Assembly: GCA_035266085.1 (NCBI GenBank)
Contig: DATFNZ010000012.1
Span: 2,061 to 66,060 of the forward strand
DNA: 64,000 nucleotides
Reading direction: 5' to 3'
From: Thermoanaerobaculia bacterium
GTDB taxonomy: Bacteria; Acidobacteriota; Thermoanaerobaculia; Multivoradales; UBA5704
Positions 1-8,782 of the stretch are shown here, piece by piece. Numbering within the stretch: the first letter of the stretch is position 1; each line of letters begins with the position of its first letter. The notes beneath the pieces were generated by a model that was not told the DNA's origin, ran no database searches, and was given only the letters and a program-made list of their open reading frames with translations. The position numbers were made by a program, and so were the translations under genes.

Positions 1-336
1 CGTCCTCAGCTCCCGCACCAGGACGGAAAGGGTGCCCTCGTCCAGCCTGGGGTTCCTGGGATTGGTGTCCCAGATCTCGCTGATCTTGCGGCTCGCGGGG
101 ACGGCATCGGCGCCGAGACCCGCCCACTTGGCGACGATGGCGCGCACCCGGTCGCGAACCGAGGCAGCCGAGGCCGCCGTGGCCGTTCCCAGAGAGAAGT
201 CGAGGGCGCGCGCGTCGCCGGCCTGAGGCTTCGCCGCGAGCCGCGCCTTGCGCCGCTCAATCTCGGCGGCGATCTCCTCCTCGGTCCGTCCGTCCGCCCA
301 CTGCCTCAGGATTTCAGCGATGGAGCTGTGGCTCAC
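1..336 (-). CDS. hypothetical protein, N-terminal fragment (gene runs off the left edge)
   Basis: Minus-strand frame is open from GTG at 336 (GGAGG 5 nt upstream) to position 1. It is absent from the ORF track because it has no stop in the window. The translation VSHSSIAEILRQWADGRTEEEIAAEIERRKARL...ISEIWDTNPRNPRLDEGTLSVLVRELRT has normal composition, unlike the Arg/Pro-rich listed ORFs 6..260 and 32..226. No family recognised. Confidence 0.35.
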   Translation of the reverse strand, partial: MSHSSIAEILRQWADGRTEEEIAAEIERRKARLAAKPQAGDARALDFSLGTATAASAASVRDRVRAIVAKWAGLGADAVPASRKISEIWDTNPRNPRLDEGTLSVLVRELRT

Positions 337-384
337 GAGGACCTCCGCGATCGAAAACCTCCCGGATGGGAGGCTGAATGCGGA

Positions 385-1893
385 TTAAGAACCGGTCCGC
401 GGAGTTTTGGGGATGTCTTCCGGACCGTCGATCCCGGCCACCACCAGCGTCAGGTCGTCGTCGAGCCCCTCGGTCCGTCCCGTCCACTCCGCGATCCGGG
501 CGAGGAGGGCGTCCGCGATCCTGCCGGCGGGATGCGCGGCGTGTTCTTCCAGGAAGGCCCGGAGGCGATCGTCGCCGAACTGCTCGCCGGCGGGGCTGGC
601 CGCTTCCGGAATGCCATCCGTGAACAGCAGGAGGCGGTCGCCGGGCTCGAGGGGGAGCGAAGCCTCCGTGTAGACGGCGCGGCGGAGGCGGCCGATCACG
701 AGCCCGCCATGAGGCAGCTCCTCGGCGCTGCGGCTGCTCTGACGCCAGAGCAGGGCCGGCGGATGGCCGGCGCTCGCGTAGGTGAGGCGGGCCGCTTCGA
801 GGTCGAGGTAGAGGTAGAACGCGGTGATGAACTGGTTCTTGAGCTTGCCGTGGAAGATCTGGTTGATCTCCGAGAGCACCCGCGCCGGGCTGGCGGCATG
901 GCTGGCCTGCGAGGCCACGGCCACCTTCAGCATGGAGGCCACCAGGGCCGCGGGCACGCCGTGGCCCGAGACGTCCGCCACGATCATGCCGAGCCGCCGT
1001 CCCTCGTCCGGGAGGAAATCGTAGAAGTCGCCGGCCACCTCGGAGGCGGAGACGTAGCGGGCGGCGAGGTCGAGGCCCGGGATGCGTGGCGGCTCGCCCG
1101 GCAGGATGGACTCCTGGATGCGGCGAGCCGTTTCGAGCTCCTGGCGGATGGCCGCGAAGCGCTCCTGCGTCTCCGAGACGCGCCGGGCCGCGATGGTGCC
1201 GAGGCCGACGACGAAGAGGAGGAATCCCACCGGTTCGACGTTCTGGTCTCCGGGGAGGATCCCGAAGGCTCGCAGGTTCTCGTAGAGGGCGAAGAGGGCC
1301 AGGACGAGAGTGCTCGCCCGCAGCAACCGCAGGTCGGGTGTGCGCTCCTGGCCCGGCGCGAACAGGTTGACCGTCGCGACGACCAGCGTGACGATGACCA
1401 GGATCCTGTACGGTCCGAGCAGCACGCCGGGATTGTCGGCCGCGATCTCCAGCGGGATGGTGACCACCGCGAAGGCCGCGTTGATCTGCCACAGCCGGCG
1501 CAGCACGGACCACCGCCCGGCTCCCATCACCTGCTCGAAGAAGAGGAGGGCCGGCACGGGAATGAGGTAGGTCAGGACGTTGATCAGCTTCGCCCAGGCC
1601 AGCGGAGAAACCGGGTACAGGATTTCGACGGCGTCGATGTCGGCGAGGAGCCGGACGGCGTAGAGGGTGCAAAGGGCGGAGAAGTAGAGCAGGGCCGGCT
1701 CGCCCTTCCGCCGCCGCGCCAGGACCGCGATCCCCGCCGCCAGCCCCAGCCCCAGGAGCATGAAGCCGACCGCCGCCACGGGGATCTCGCTCCGCAGCCC
1801 GGAGATCAGCCGTGCCGATGGCCCCTCCGCCGACCACGCCGGGATCGCGGCGAGGGCGAGGAGGAGGAAGACTCGTTGAGATCGGGAGATCAT
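385..1893 (-). CDS. membrane-bound SpoIIE/PP2C-family protein phosphatase with multi-TM N-terminal sensor region
   Basis: Track ORF 385..1953. I prefer the internal ATG at 1893 (MISRSQRVFLLLALAAIPAWS) because the longer start abuts the repeat at 1953. The N-terminal half has several hydrophobic segments. The C-terminal half has PP2C/SpoIIE-type motifs (AGDFYDF, IVADVSGHGVPAAL, LLLFTDGIPEA). Confidence 0.85.
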   Translation of the reverse strand: MISRSQRVFLLLALAAIPAWSAEGPSARLISGLRSEIPVAAVGFMLLGLGLAAGIAVLARRRKGEPALLYFSALCTLYAVRLLADIDAVEILYPVSPLAWAKLINVLTYLIPVPALLFFEQVMGAGRWSVLRRLWQINAAFAVVTIPLEIAADNPGVLLGPYRILVIVTLVVATVNLFAPGQERTPDLRLLRASTLVLALFALYENLRAFGILPGDQNVEPVGFLLFVVGLGTIAARRVSETQERFAAIRQELETARRIQESILPGEPPRIPGLDLAARYVSASEVAGDFYDFLPDEGRRLGMIVADVSGHGVPAALVASMLKVAVASQASHAASPARVLSEINQIFHGKLKNQFITAFYLYLDLEAARLTYASAGHPPALLWRQSSRSAEELPHGGLVIGRLRRAVYTEASLPLEPGDRLLLFTDGIPEAASPAGEQFGDDRLRAFLEEHAAHPAGRIADALLARIAEWTGRTEGLDDDLTLVVAGIDGPEDIPKTPRTGS

Positions 1894-1952
1894 GCGTAGC
1901 GATGGTACGGCAGAGAGGCTTCGAAGGTTTCCCGGTGATGCCCCCCTCCCCA

Positions 1953-2099
1953 CTGTAGAGACGCCTTGCAGGCGTCTCCGAGGCGGCGGCGGCGCCGCAA
2001 GGAATCAATCTTTCCCGCGGGGCGATCCTGCCCGCGGTACGGCCATGCGGGGGGAAATGCTTTTCCCGCCACGGAGACGCCTGCAAGGCGTCTCTACAG
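1953..2099. mobile_element. MITE-like element, 147 bp, with 26-nt terminal inverted repeats that are themselves hairpins
   Basis: Left end is ctgtagagacgccttgcaggcgtctc (1953-1978). Right end is gagacgcctgcaaggcgtctctacag (2074-2099), the exact reverse complement. Each TIR contains GAGACGCC-N5-GGCGTCTC. It sits in a divergent intergenic region. A second copy lies at 26504..26634 in inverted orientation. Confidence 0.6.
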
Positions 2100-2172
2100 T
2101 AGGAGGAGACCACGAGGAGAACTCGAACCTCGTTCTCTTGCAGACTCCGAGTTTCCGGTACACTCCGCGCAA

Positions 2173-3375
2173 ATGAAAACCACCCTCGCGGCTCTAATCC
2201 TGGTGGCGCTCCTCGCCCCCGTCCTCCACGCCCAGGACCGCTCGCTCCACCTCGCCATCGGCGATCCCGCGCGCCGGGACAAGCAGGCGCCGCTGGTCCT
2301 CGACGGCGTCACCGACACGCGCACCGGCGATCTGATCACGCCCGCCGAGCTGGCGAAGCGGCTGAAAGGCGTGCGCCTGCTGCTGGTGGGGGAGAGCCAC
2401 ACGGACATGGACTTCCATCGTGTGCAGCTCCGCGTCGTCGAAGAGCTGGTGCGGCAAGGCCGGCCGGTCTTTCTGGGGCTCGAGATGTATCCCTACACCG
2501 AGCAGCGGTTCCTCGATCAGTGGGTGGATGGGCTGCTCACCGAGGAAGGTTTCCTCCAGCTCTCCCGCTGGTATGAAAACTGGGGCTACAACTGGAATTA
2601 CTATCGCGACATCTTTCTCTTCGCCCGCGATCACAAGGTGCGCATGTTCGCCGTCAACGCGCCCCGGGACGTGGTGGCCGCGGTGCGAAAGAAAGGTTTC
2701 CAGAATCTCACGCCGGAAGAGGCCGCGCACATCCCGGGAGACATCGCCGCGTCGAATGCCGATCACCGGACGCTGTTCCAATCGTTTTTCGACGCGGACG
2801 ATCCCCTGCATTCCGGGATGACCGGCGAACAGTGGGACTCGATGATCGGAGCGCAGGCGACCTGGGACGCCACCATGGCCCACAACGCGGTCAAGGCCCT
2901 GCGCGAGCATGGCGGCCCGGAGACGGTCATGGTCGTGCTGGCCGGCTCGGGGCACGTGGCCTATGGCGTGGGCATCGAGCGCCAGGCCGCCCGCGGGTTC
3001 GACGGCCGGATCGCCACCGTCGTCCCGGTCAACGTCCGCGGCGAGGACGGCGCCGAGGTCAAGGCCGTCCAGGCCACCTATGCGGATTTCGTCTGGGGAG
3101 TGCCGGCCGAGGCGCCCCCGCTTTATCCAGTGCTCGGTCTCTCCACGACTCCAGCCGAGAAGGCTCTCAAGGTTCTTTTCATCTCCGAGAAGACGCCCGC
3201 CGAGAAAGCCGGTTTCAAGGCGGGGGACGTGCTCCTGACGATGGACGGCACGCCCGTGCCGGACAAGGAGACGCTGAACCGCCTCGTGGCCGCGCGGAGC
3301 TGGGGGGATGAGTCCAGCTTCACCGTGAAGCGCGGGAGCGAGACGGTGGCGCTGCGCGTGGCCTTTCGCCGCTAG
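2173..3375 (+). CDS. secreted ChaN/Tiki-like (haem-binding uptake, DUF399-type) protein with C-terminal PDZ domain
   Basis: Track ORF 1966..3375 trimmed to ATG 2173, which gives the signal peptide MKTTLAALILVALLAPVLHAQ. The upstream part of the ORF lies inside the MITE-like repeat. LLLVGESHTDMDFHRVQL and the following region fit the ChaN-type pattern. The C-terminus KAGFKAGDVLLTMDGTPV is PDZ-like. Confidence 0.75.
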   Translation: MKTTLAALILVALLAPVLHAQDRSLHLAIGDPARRDKQAPLVLDGVTDTRTGDLITPAELAKRLKGVRLLLVGESHTDMDFHRVQLRVVEELVRQGRPVFLGLEMYPYTEQRFLDQWVDGLLTEEGFLQLSRWYENWGYNWNYYRDIFLFARDHKVRMFAVNAPRDVVAAVRKKGFQNLTPEEAAHIPGDIAASNADHRTLFQSFFDADDPLHSGMTGEQWDSMIGAQATWDATMAHNAVKALREHGGPETVMVVLAGSGHVAYGVGIERQAARGFDGRIATVVPVNVRGEDGAEVKAVQATYADFVWGVPAEAPPLYPVLGLSTTPAEKALKVLFISEKTPAEKAGFKAGDVLLTMDGTPVPDKETLNRLVAARSWGDESSFTVKRGSETVALRVAFRR

Positions 3376-3444
3376 GCTGCCTCCAGTGAATAGCACCCGC
3401 CTTTCGCTAAAGGCGGAGGCGTTCCCCGGGGAAGACCAGGCCGC

Positions 3445-3464
3445 CTGCCAACGCGGAGAGGCAG
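3445..3464. promoter_or_regulatory. candidate enhancer (UAS) palindrome CTGCC-N10-GGCAG
   Basis: CTGCCaacgcggagaGGCAG ends 54 nt upstream of the -24 GG at 3518. The same half-sites and spacing recur at 8487-8506 upstream of the second sigma-54-type promoter. Confidence 0.4.
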
Positions 3465-3516
3465 TAGTCTCCTCATTAAAAGTTCGTCTCCCAGGTAAAA
3501 CCGCCGCGCTGGAAGA

Positions 3517-3531
3517 CGGCACGCCGATTGC
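3517..3531 (+). promoter_or_regulatory. sigma-54 (-24/-12) type promoter
   Basis: cGGCACgccgaTTGC matches TGGCAC-N5-TTGC at every position except the first T. It ends 54 nt upstream of the ATG at 3585. Confidence 0.6.
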
Positions 3532-3584
3532 TCATCCTGTGGTTGTCGGCCAACGGAAAAGTAATCTTTAAGGAGGGTTCTATC

Positions 3585-4142
3585 ATGATCGCTACAATTG
3601 AGAAGCCAATGAACGTGCAAGCGGCCATCGACGAGCTAATCACCCCGGAGCCGACCATCAAAGACCCGAGTGTCAGCTACAACGTAGCTCAAAGGTTGAT
3701 TACGGCGACAGTGATCGTTTCGTACGTACCCGACCCCAGCGCACCCAACCAGAGCATTCCAAAGATTGTCGCGCCTATCATTGCCATCCCGAAATCCAAA
3801 GACGAACTGGACAACTGGACTGTGCTTTGGATTCTAAAGGCCGGTCCCGGCTTCTCTAGGGATTTTCCTCCTGTCTTCCATCCCGAGGAAGGAATCACGA
3901 TTCCGCCGCCGCCCGGGGGGAAGCCAGTTTTGCTGAAGCCGGCTAGCGTCAATTTCATAGATTTGGGGCCGGTGAGAGAAAACCAAGCCCAGTGGCGGGT
4001 AACGTTCAATAATAATGTCCCGAGCTCGAGTGAATTCGATTATGGCATTGGAGTCATTCCTACGACAATTCAGGGCCGTGTGCTACCGGCCTTCTTCCAT
4101 GATCCCACCATCATGGTTGCGAGCGAGCCGATCGATGGCTGA
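3585..4142 (+). CDS. hypothetical protein (185 aa), lower-GC cargo gene
   Basis: Track ORF 3528..4142 trimmed to ATG 3585, preceded by AAGGAGG. Composition is non-repetitive and normal (MIATIEKPMNVQAAIDELITPEP...FHDPTIMVASEPIDG). No signal peptide and no family confidently recognised. Its 3' end overlaps the convergent kinase gene by 32 nt. Confidence 0.6.
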   Translation: MIATIEKPMNVQAAIDELITPEPTIKDPSVSYNVAQRLITATVIVSYVPDPSAPNQSIPKIVAPIIAIPKSKDELDNWTVLWILKAGPGFSRDFPPVFHPEEGITIPPPPGGKPVLLKPASVNFIDLGPVRENQAQWRVTFNNNVPSSSEFDYGIGVIPTTIQGRVLPAFFHDPTIMVASEPIDG

Positions 4143-6780
4143 GCGCTGAAGAAGGAAAGTCGGGCTCGCCGCGCAAGGAATCGAAGAACGGGTGGTCGAA
4201 CCAGCGGGCGCCGACACCGCGGCTCGCCGCCTGTCGTACCTGAAAGAGTGCCGAGCCGCGGTCGCCAACCAGGACGTAGACGACCGCGGCTTCATAGGCA
4301 AGTTGGGGATTGTCCGGTGCAAGCCGGAGGGCCTCCTGGATGGTGCCTACGGCTTTCATGGTCTCGCCCAGGTGGGCCAAGGCTTGCGCCTCTACGGAGC
4401 GGAGCTCCCAGTTGCCGGGCGTGGCCATGCGCTCAGCCGTGGCGGCGACCTGAACGTAGAGCGGCCGGGCCTCTACCTGCCGGCCGGTAAACGTGATGCA
4501 GTCGGCGAGGTTCAGTTTGATGGATGGACTGTCCGGCTGTAACTCTAGGGCTTGGCGGAGGCTCTTCTCAGCTTCGCCGTAATGCCGGAGCAGAAGCAGA
4601 GCCACGCCGAGGTTGTTGAGCGACTTGGGGCCAGAGTCAAGCCGGGCAGCCTCTTTGAGCAGCGCGACGGCCCGATCGGGATCGCGCAGCAGCTCGATCT
4701 GTGCCAGGGCTTGCAGGCCCTCGACGTTGCCGGGGGACTTGGCCAGCAACTGTTCAAGGTGCTGCCGCGCGCCGTCAAGCTGGCTCTGACGATATTCGGC
4801 ATTGGCCAGCGTGAGGAGATTTTGCCAGGAAGGCTGCAGGCGGACAGCTTCAGCTATTTGTTTCAAGGCCTCTTCCGGTTGCCCGCGGCGCTCGGCGAGT
4901 TGGCCGCTCCGGAGCAGGCTGGCTACCGGATCGATTTCCGCGATCTGTTCCAGGAGGGCTCCGGCCTCGCCGAACCGACCGGAGTTCAGGTTAAGTAAGA
5001 AGAGGGCTTCGAGCGGCTGGGGATTGTCGGGCGCCAGCTCCCGGGCTTTCCGGGCCACGGCGAGGCCCCGGTCAAGGTAGCGTTCTTCTCCCGTGTCGGA
5101 ATACAGCCTGCGGGCCAATCTTGCTTCGAGCACGTAGGCGTCAAGGAACGACGGAGCCTTTTGCCGGAGCTCGCCCAGACGGGTGAGGATTTCATCAAGG
5201 CCTTGAGGATTGGCGAGCCGCTGGCGCAACGCCAGGAAGGTGCGGTAGTCCTGCTCCTCGATCTCCAGTTCGAGCCGCGGTACGCGCAACTCGCGGTCGG
5301 CATAGCCCTGCCGGAGAGAGGCAGAGACGGCGTTGGCGAAGAGGCGTGGAGCCGAGATGGGAAGGCGCTGGACGCCCGACCAGAGCACCCGGCCGTCCGC
5401 GCCATCCAGACGGCGCAGGCTCACTTGGCAGAGGTCTCCGGCGCAGTCGGCCTGCGAGACCACGACTTCACCGGCCGCCACGGCATGTGCAATCTCTGTG
5501 GGCGTTCCCTTCACGGGATTGACCTGCAAGGTATCGAGAGCCGCCAAGCCGTCCAGGGCGGCCACGGTACGCAGCAGGGCGGACTGGAGATTGAGCCTCA
5601 CCTGGACGCTGTCGTCCGCGAGCAGCGATCCCAAGATCTCCGGCTTGAGCACAGCCACGTAGACAGGCAGTTTCGGCTTACGCAGCAGGAAGACGGCCGT
5701 GGCCCCAGCCACCAAGAGCAGGAGGGCAGCCGCGGCGAGCCACGGCCAGAGGCTCCGGTTGCGCCGTGGCGCCGAGTACGGGGCCGCGCCGGAGCTGCCG
5801 GACTCCCAGAGCCCGGCCGCCGTCAGCTCGGCGAGGATGGCCGTCGCGTTCGGGTAGCGATCCCCGGGCTCCTTGGCGAGGCAGCGGGTGGCGATGCGCT
5901 CCAGGGCCTCCGGCACGTCCGGGCGGAGGCTGCGGAGAGGCGGCGGATCCTCGAAGAGGATCGCGTGCACCATACCCTTGCGCTCGCCGCCGAACGGGCG
6001 CTCCCCGGCCAGCATCTGGTGGAGCACCACGCCGAAGGCCCAGAGGTCCCCGGCGGTGCCGCTGCCGCTGGTATCGCCGCGGAGCTGCTCGGGCGCCATG
6101 TAGGCCGCCGTGCCCACCACCACGCCCTGCTCCGTGACAGTGGGAGACTCCGCCCATTTGGCCAGACCGAAGTCGAGGAGCTTCGCCCGCTTCTCGCAAG
6201 TGATCATCACGTTCTCGGGCTTCAAATCGCGGTGGACGACGCCCGCGGCGTGGGCCGCCGCCAGGGCTGAGGCGAGCTGCCCGGCGATCGCGGCGGTCTC
6301 GGCGATGGAGAGCCTGCCCACGCGGGCGAGCAGGGCGGCCAAGGTCTCGCCATCGTAGAACGCCATGGCGATGAAGCGCCGGCCCTCGTGCTCGCCCACC
6401 TCGTAGATGGTGCCGATGTTGGGATGGTCGAGCGCCGCGGTGGCCTGCGCCTCCCGGCTGAAGCGAGCGTCGTCGCGGGAGTTGCGCGCGGGCTGTGCGA
6501 GGAACTTCAGCGCCACCACGCGGCCCAGCTCGAGGTCCACGGCCTTGTAGACGACGCCCATGCCGCCGCGGCCCAGGAGGCGCTGAATGCGGAAGTGGGA
6601 GATCTGACGGCCGACGAGCGGGTCCTCGCTCGAGTTGGGGACTGCGTTCAGGGCCGTCAATCCAGCAGGCAGGGTCAGCCCGTCGAGAGAGGGCAGCGGG
6701 AGCGGCGCGCCACAGGCCGGGCAGAGCGAATCGAACTCGGAGTAGCCCTGACCGCAGGCTGGGCAGAAGAGCTCCGTCAT
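4111..6780 (-). CDS. Ser/Thr protein kinase with N-terminal zinc-ribbon, one TM segment and C-terminal TPR repeats
   Basis: Real start is ATG 6780 (MTELFCPACGQGYSEFDSLCPACG) within track ORF 4111..8325. Hanks kinase motifs are present: GRGGMGVVYKA...ALK, HRDLKPENV, DFGLAK, YMAPE. A hydrophobic stretch WPWLAAAALLLLVAGATAVFLL follows, then multiple TPR-like repeats. The start overlaps the upstream stop (ATGA at 6777-6780). Confidence 0.9.
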   Translation of the reverse strand: MTELFCPACGQGYSEFDSLCPACGAPLPLPSLDGLTLPAGLTALNAVPNSSEDPLVGRQISHFRIQRLLGRGGMGVVYKAVDLELGRVVALKFLAQPARNSRDDARFSREAQATAALDHPNIGTIYEVGEHEGRRFIAMAFYDGETLAALLARVGRLSIAETAAIAGQLASALAAAHAAGVVHRDLKPENVMITCEKRAKLLDFGLAKWAESPTVTEQGVVVGTAAYMAPEQLRGDTSGSGTAGDLWAFGVVLHQMLAGERPFGGERKGMVHAILFEDPPPLRSLRPDVPEALERIATRCLAKEPGDRYPNATAILAELTAAGLWESGSSGAAPYSAPRRNRSLWPWLAAAALLLLVAGATAVFLLRKPKLPVYVAVLKPEILGSLLADDSVQVRLNLQSALLRTVAALDGLAALDTLQVNPVKGTPTEIAHAVAAGEVVVSQADCAGDLCQVSLRRLDGADGRVLWSGVQRLPISAPRLFANAVSASLRQGYADRELRVPRLELEIEEQDYRTFLALRQRLANPQGLDEILTRLGELRQKAPSFLDAYVLEARLARRLYSDTGEERYLDRGLAVARKARELAPDNPQPLEALFLLNLNSGRFGEAGALLEQIAEIDPVASLLRSGQLAERRGQPEEALKQIAEAVRLQPSWQNLLTLANAEYRQSQLDGARQHLEQLLAKSPGNVEGLQALAQIELLRDPDRAVALLKEAARLDSGPKSLNNLGVALLLLRHYGEAEKSLRQALELQPDSPSIKLNLADCITFTGRQVEARPLYVQVAATAERMATPGNWELRSVEAQALAHLGETMKAVGTIQEALRLAPDNPQLAYEAAVVYVLVGDRGSALFQVRQAASRGVGARWFDHPFFDSLRGEPDFPSSALSHRSARSQP

Positions 6781-8300
6781 CCCTCCCCCGCGGCGAGGGC
6801 TGGCCGGTGGCGGGCGAGGAGCTTCTGCAGATAGCTCCGGTGGAGCCCGGATTCCCGGGCCGCCCGCGAGACGTTGCCATCGGAACGCCTCATGAGGTCT
6901 TCGATGAAACGGCGCTCCACGTCGGCCACGCTCGCCTCGCGGGCTTCGTTCAGCGACTCGCCGGTCAGCTCGCGGAAGACCGGCTCGGGAGCGGGACCGT
7001 CGCCGGCCGCTCCGGCCACTTCCGGTGGCAGGAGGCCGAGATCCAACTCCGGCCCCTGGGCCAGCAGGCAGGCCCGCTCGACGGCGTGAGAGAGCTCGCG
7101 GACGTTGCCTGGGAAGTCGTAGGCGAAGAGCGCGCGCTCGGCTCTTGGCGTCCAGCGGGGCTTCTCGCCCGCCCGCCGCCAGTGCCGGCGCAGGAAGTGG
7201 TCGGCCAGCAGCAGGACGTCGCCCCGGCGGTCGCGCAGCGGCGGCAGCTTCAGGTCGAGCACCTTGAGCCGGAAGTAGAGGTCTTCCCGGAAATGTCCGT
7301 CGCGAATCATCTGCCGGAGGTCGCGGTGGGTGGCGGCGACGACCCGGACGTCCACCTTCTCCGTGCGGTCCGAGCCGAGCCGCTGGATCTCGCCGAATTG
7401 TAGGAAGCGGAGCAGCTTCGCCTGCGCCTCGATGGGGATCTCGCCGACCTCGTCGAGGAAGAGCGTGCCGCCATGGGCGGCGGCGAGCCGGCCCGGGCGG
7501 TCGCGCTTGGCGTCGGTGAAGGCTCCCGCGACGTGGCCGAACAGCTCGGACTCCAGCAGCGTTCCCGGCAGGGCGGAGCAGTGGACGGTGACGAACGGCT
7601 TGCCTCGGCGCGGGCTGTTGACGTGGAGGGCGCGGGCGATCAGCTCCTTGCCGGTGCCGGTCTCGCCCAGCACGAGGATGGGAGCGTCCGCTCCCGCGAC
7701 CTGGGCGACGACCCGCAGCAGCTCGACCATGCGGGGATCGCGGGTGACGATCCCAGCGAAATCGTTTTGGGAAAACAGCTCGCCTTCCAGGCTCCGGTTG
7801 CGCCGCCTCAGGGCCTCGCGCTCGCTCGCTCGCAGGAGGAAGAGCCCGGCGATCTCGGCGAGCCTGGTGAGGAAGGCCCGGCACTCTTCGTCGAAGCTGT
7901 CCACCTTTTGGCGATTCTCGAGGTAGACGACGCCATAGACCTCGCCACCGTGGCGAAGGGGCACGACCAGGGCGCAGCAGAGGCCGATGAAAAGAGCGCT
8001 CTCGCCGGAGCCGAAGCGGTCGTCCTCGATCAGGTTCGGCAGGTAGATGACCTTCCCGGTCTCGATCGCCTCGCGCACCAGCGTGCGGCTGTACCGGCGT
8101 TCGGCCGCGGAGCGCTGCTCGCGTTCGTACCCGACCTCGAACTTCTGCTGGAACGAGCCCTCCTCGCGCACCACGACGAAGCCCGTCTCTGCGCCGCACC
8201 GCTCGACGATGCGGCGCAGCAGGAGCTCGGGCGCCCGTTCGTCGTCCTCCTCGGCGAGGAGGAGCTTCGAGATCTGGAATAGCTCCTCGTAGAGGTTCAT
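6777..8300 (-). CDS. sigma-54-dependent transcriptional activator (GAF - AAA+ - Fis-type HTH)
   Basis: N-terminal region is GAF-like. Walker A is GETGTGKELIARALH, the GAFTGA-type loop is GAFTDA, Walker B is LFLDEVGEI, followed by FREDLYFRL. The C-terminal HTH is GNVSRAARESGLHRSYLQKL. GGAGG lies 8 nt before ATG 8300. Confidence 0.92.
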   Translation of the reverse strand: MNLYEELFQISKLLLAEEDDERAPELLLRRIVERCGAETGFVVVREEGSFQQKFEVGYEREQRSAAERRYSRTLVREAIETGKVIYLPNLIEDDRFGSGESALFIGLCCALVVPLRHGGEVYGVVYLENRQKVDSFDEECRAFLTRLAEIAGLFLLRASEREALRRRNRSLEGELFSQNDFAGIVTRDPRMVELLRVVAQVAGADAPILVLGETGTGKELIARALHVNSPRRGKPFVTVHCSALPGTLLESELFGHVAGAFTDAKRDRPGRLAAAHGGTLFLDEVGEIPIEAQAKLLRFLQFGEIQRLGSDRTEKVDVRVVAATHRDLRQMIRDGHFREDLYFRLKVLDLKLPPLRDRRGDVLLLADHFLRRHWRRAGEKPRWTPRAERALFAYDFPGNVRELSHAVERACLLAQGPELDLGLLPPEVAGAAGDGPAPEPVFRELTGESLNEAREASVADVERRFIEDLMRRSDGNVSRAARESGLHRSYLQKLLARHRPALAAGEG

Positions 8301-8485
8301 ACCGCCTGCCTCCGATCAATGACACCTGCCTCTGGGATCAGACAGAGCTTAACCGATTTGTAAGCCAATGTCTTGAGCGGAGGAAGAGTTGGTGTTTCGG
8401 GGGCTGGGCCCAGGAAAAGAGGAGATCGTTAGCTCGTCTGTGCAACTGCAAGCATATCGAGAAAGCCATGAGCAGATCTCAATGA

Positions 8486-8507
8486 GCTGCCTTCGCCGAG
8501 TGGCAGC
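8486..8507. promoter_or_regulatory. candidate enhancer (UAS) palindrome GCTGCC-N10-GGCAGC
   Basis: GCTGCCttcgccgagtGGCAGC. The core CTGCC-N10-GGCAG is identical in half-sites and spacing to 3445-3464. It ends 64 nt upstream of the -24 GG at 8570, one helical turn further than at the first promoter. Confidence 0.4.
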
Positions 8508-8568
8508 CATGAGCTGGAGAGTGGCTCAAAAGCTTGGAATATCAACGTTTTACGTTGTCGGCATCTCT

Positions 8569-8583
8569 TGGCAAAGGGGTTGC
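8569..8583 (+). promoter_or_regulatory. sigma-54 (-24/-12) type promoter
   Basis: TGGCAAaggggTTGC has one mismatch to TGGCAC-N5-TTGC. It lies about 200 nt upstream of ATG 8783 in a low-GC divergent intergenic region. Confidence 0.5.
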
Positions 8584-8782
8584 TATATAGGCTGATGTCA
8601 GCAACAAGGATTAAACGATGGGTGTACAGGAAAGCACCAGTCACTTACGGAAGGAGAGAAAGGCAAAAGAAGATCCACTTATAAAGAAAAATATTTCTCC
8701 TCATAACTGACCTCACTGGGCGACATTTCTGTCGCTCGCCAGGAGCCTTGACTCCTTAACCTCAACAAGAAAGGAAATACAC

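Noticed and set aside
314-2113. Long ORFs on the opposite strand or out of frame relative to the called genes. Examples: 314..2113(-), 328..1899(+), 2194..3522(-), 9837..12308(+), 14620..17199(-), 22940..24661(-), 24693..26546(-), 26630..30016(-), 34557..36233(-), 44976..46469(+), 49730..51697(-), 58418..60274(+).
   Set aside because: Their translations are dominated by Arg/Pro/Gly/Ala runs typical of non-coding frames in very GC-rich DNA. Each overlaps a frame that has clear family motifs, signal peptides and RBS-supported starts.
4111-8325. Single 1404-aa ORF spanning the kinase and the region of the sigma-54 activator.
   Set aside because: The N-terminal ~515 aa are Arg/Pro-rich shadow sequence overlapping the well-supported activator frame (6777..8300). 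The kinase has its own ATG at 6780, overlapping the activator stop (ATGA).
8389-8595. Small ORFs in the low-GC intergenic region 8300-8783 (8389..8595 +, 8429..8644 -).
   Set aside because: Neither has an RBS. Both are overlapped by the predicted sigma-54 promoter and palindrome, their composition is unremarkable, and they are more plausibly regulatory DNA.
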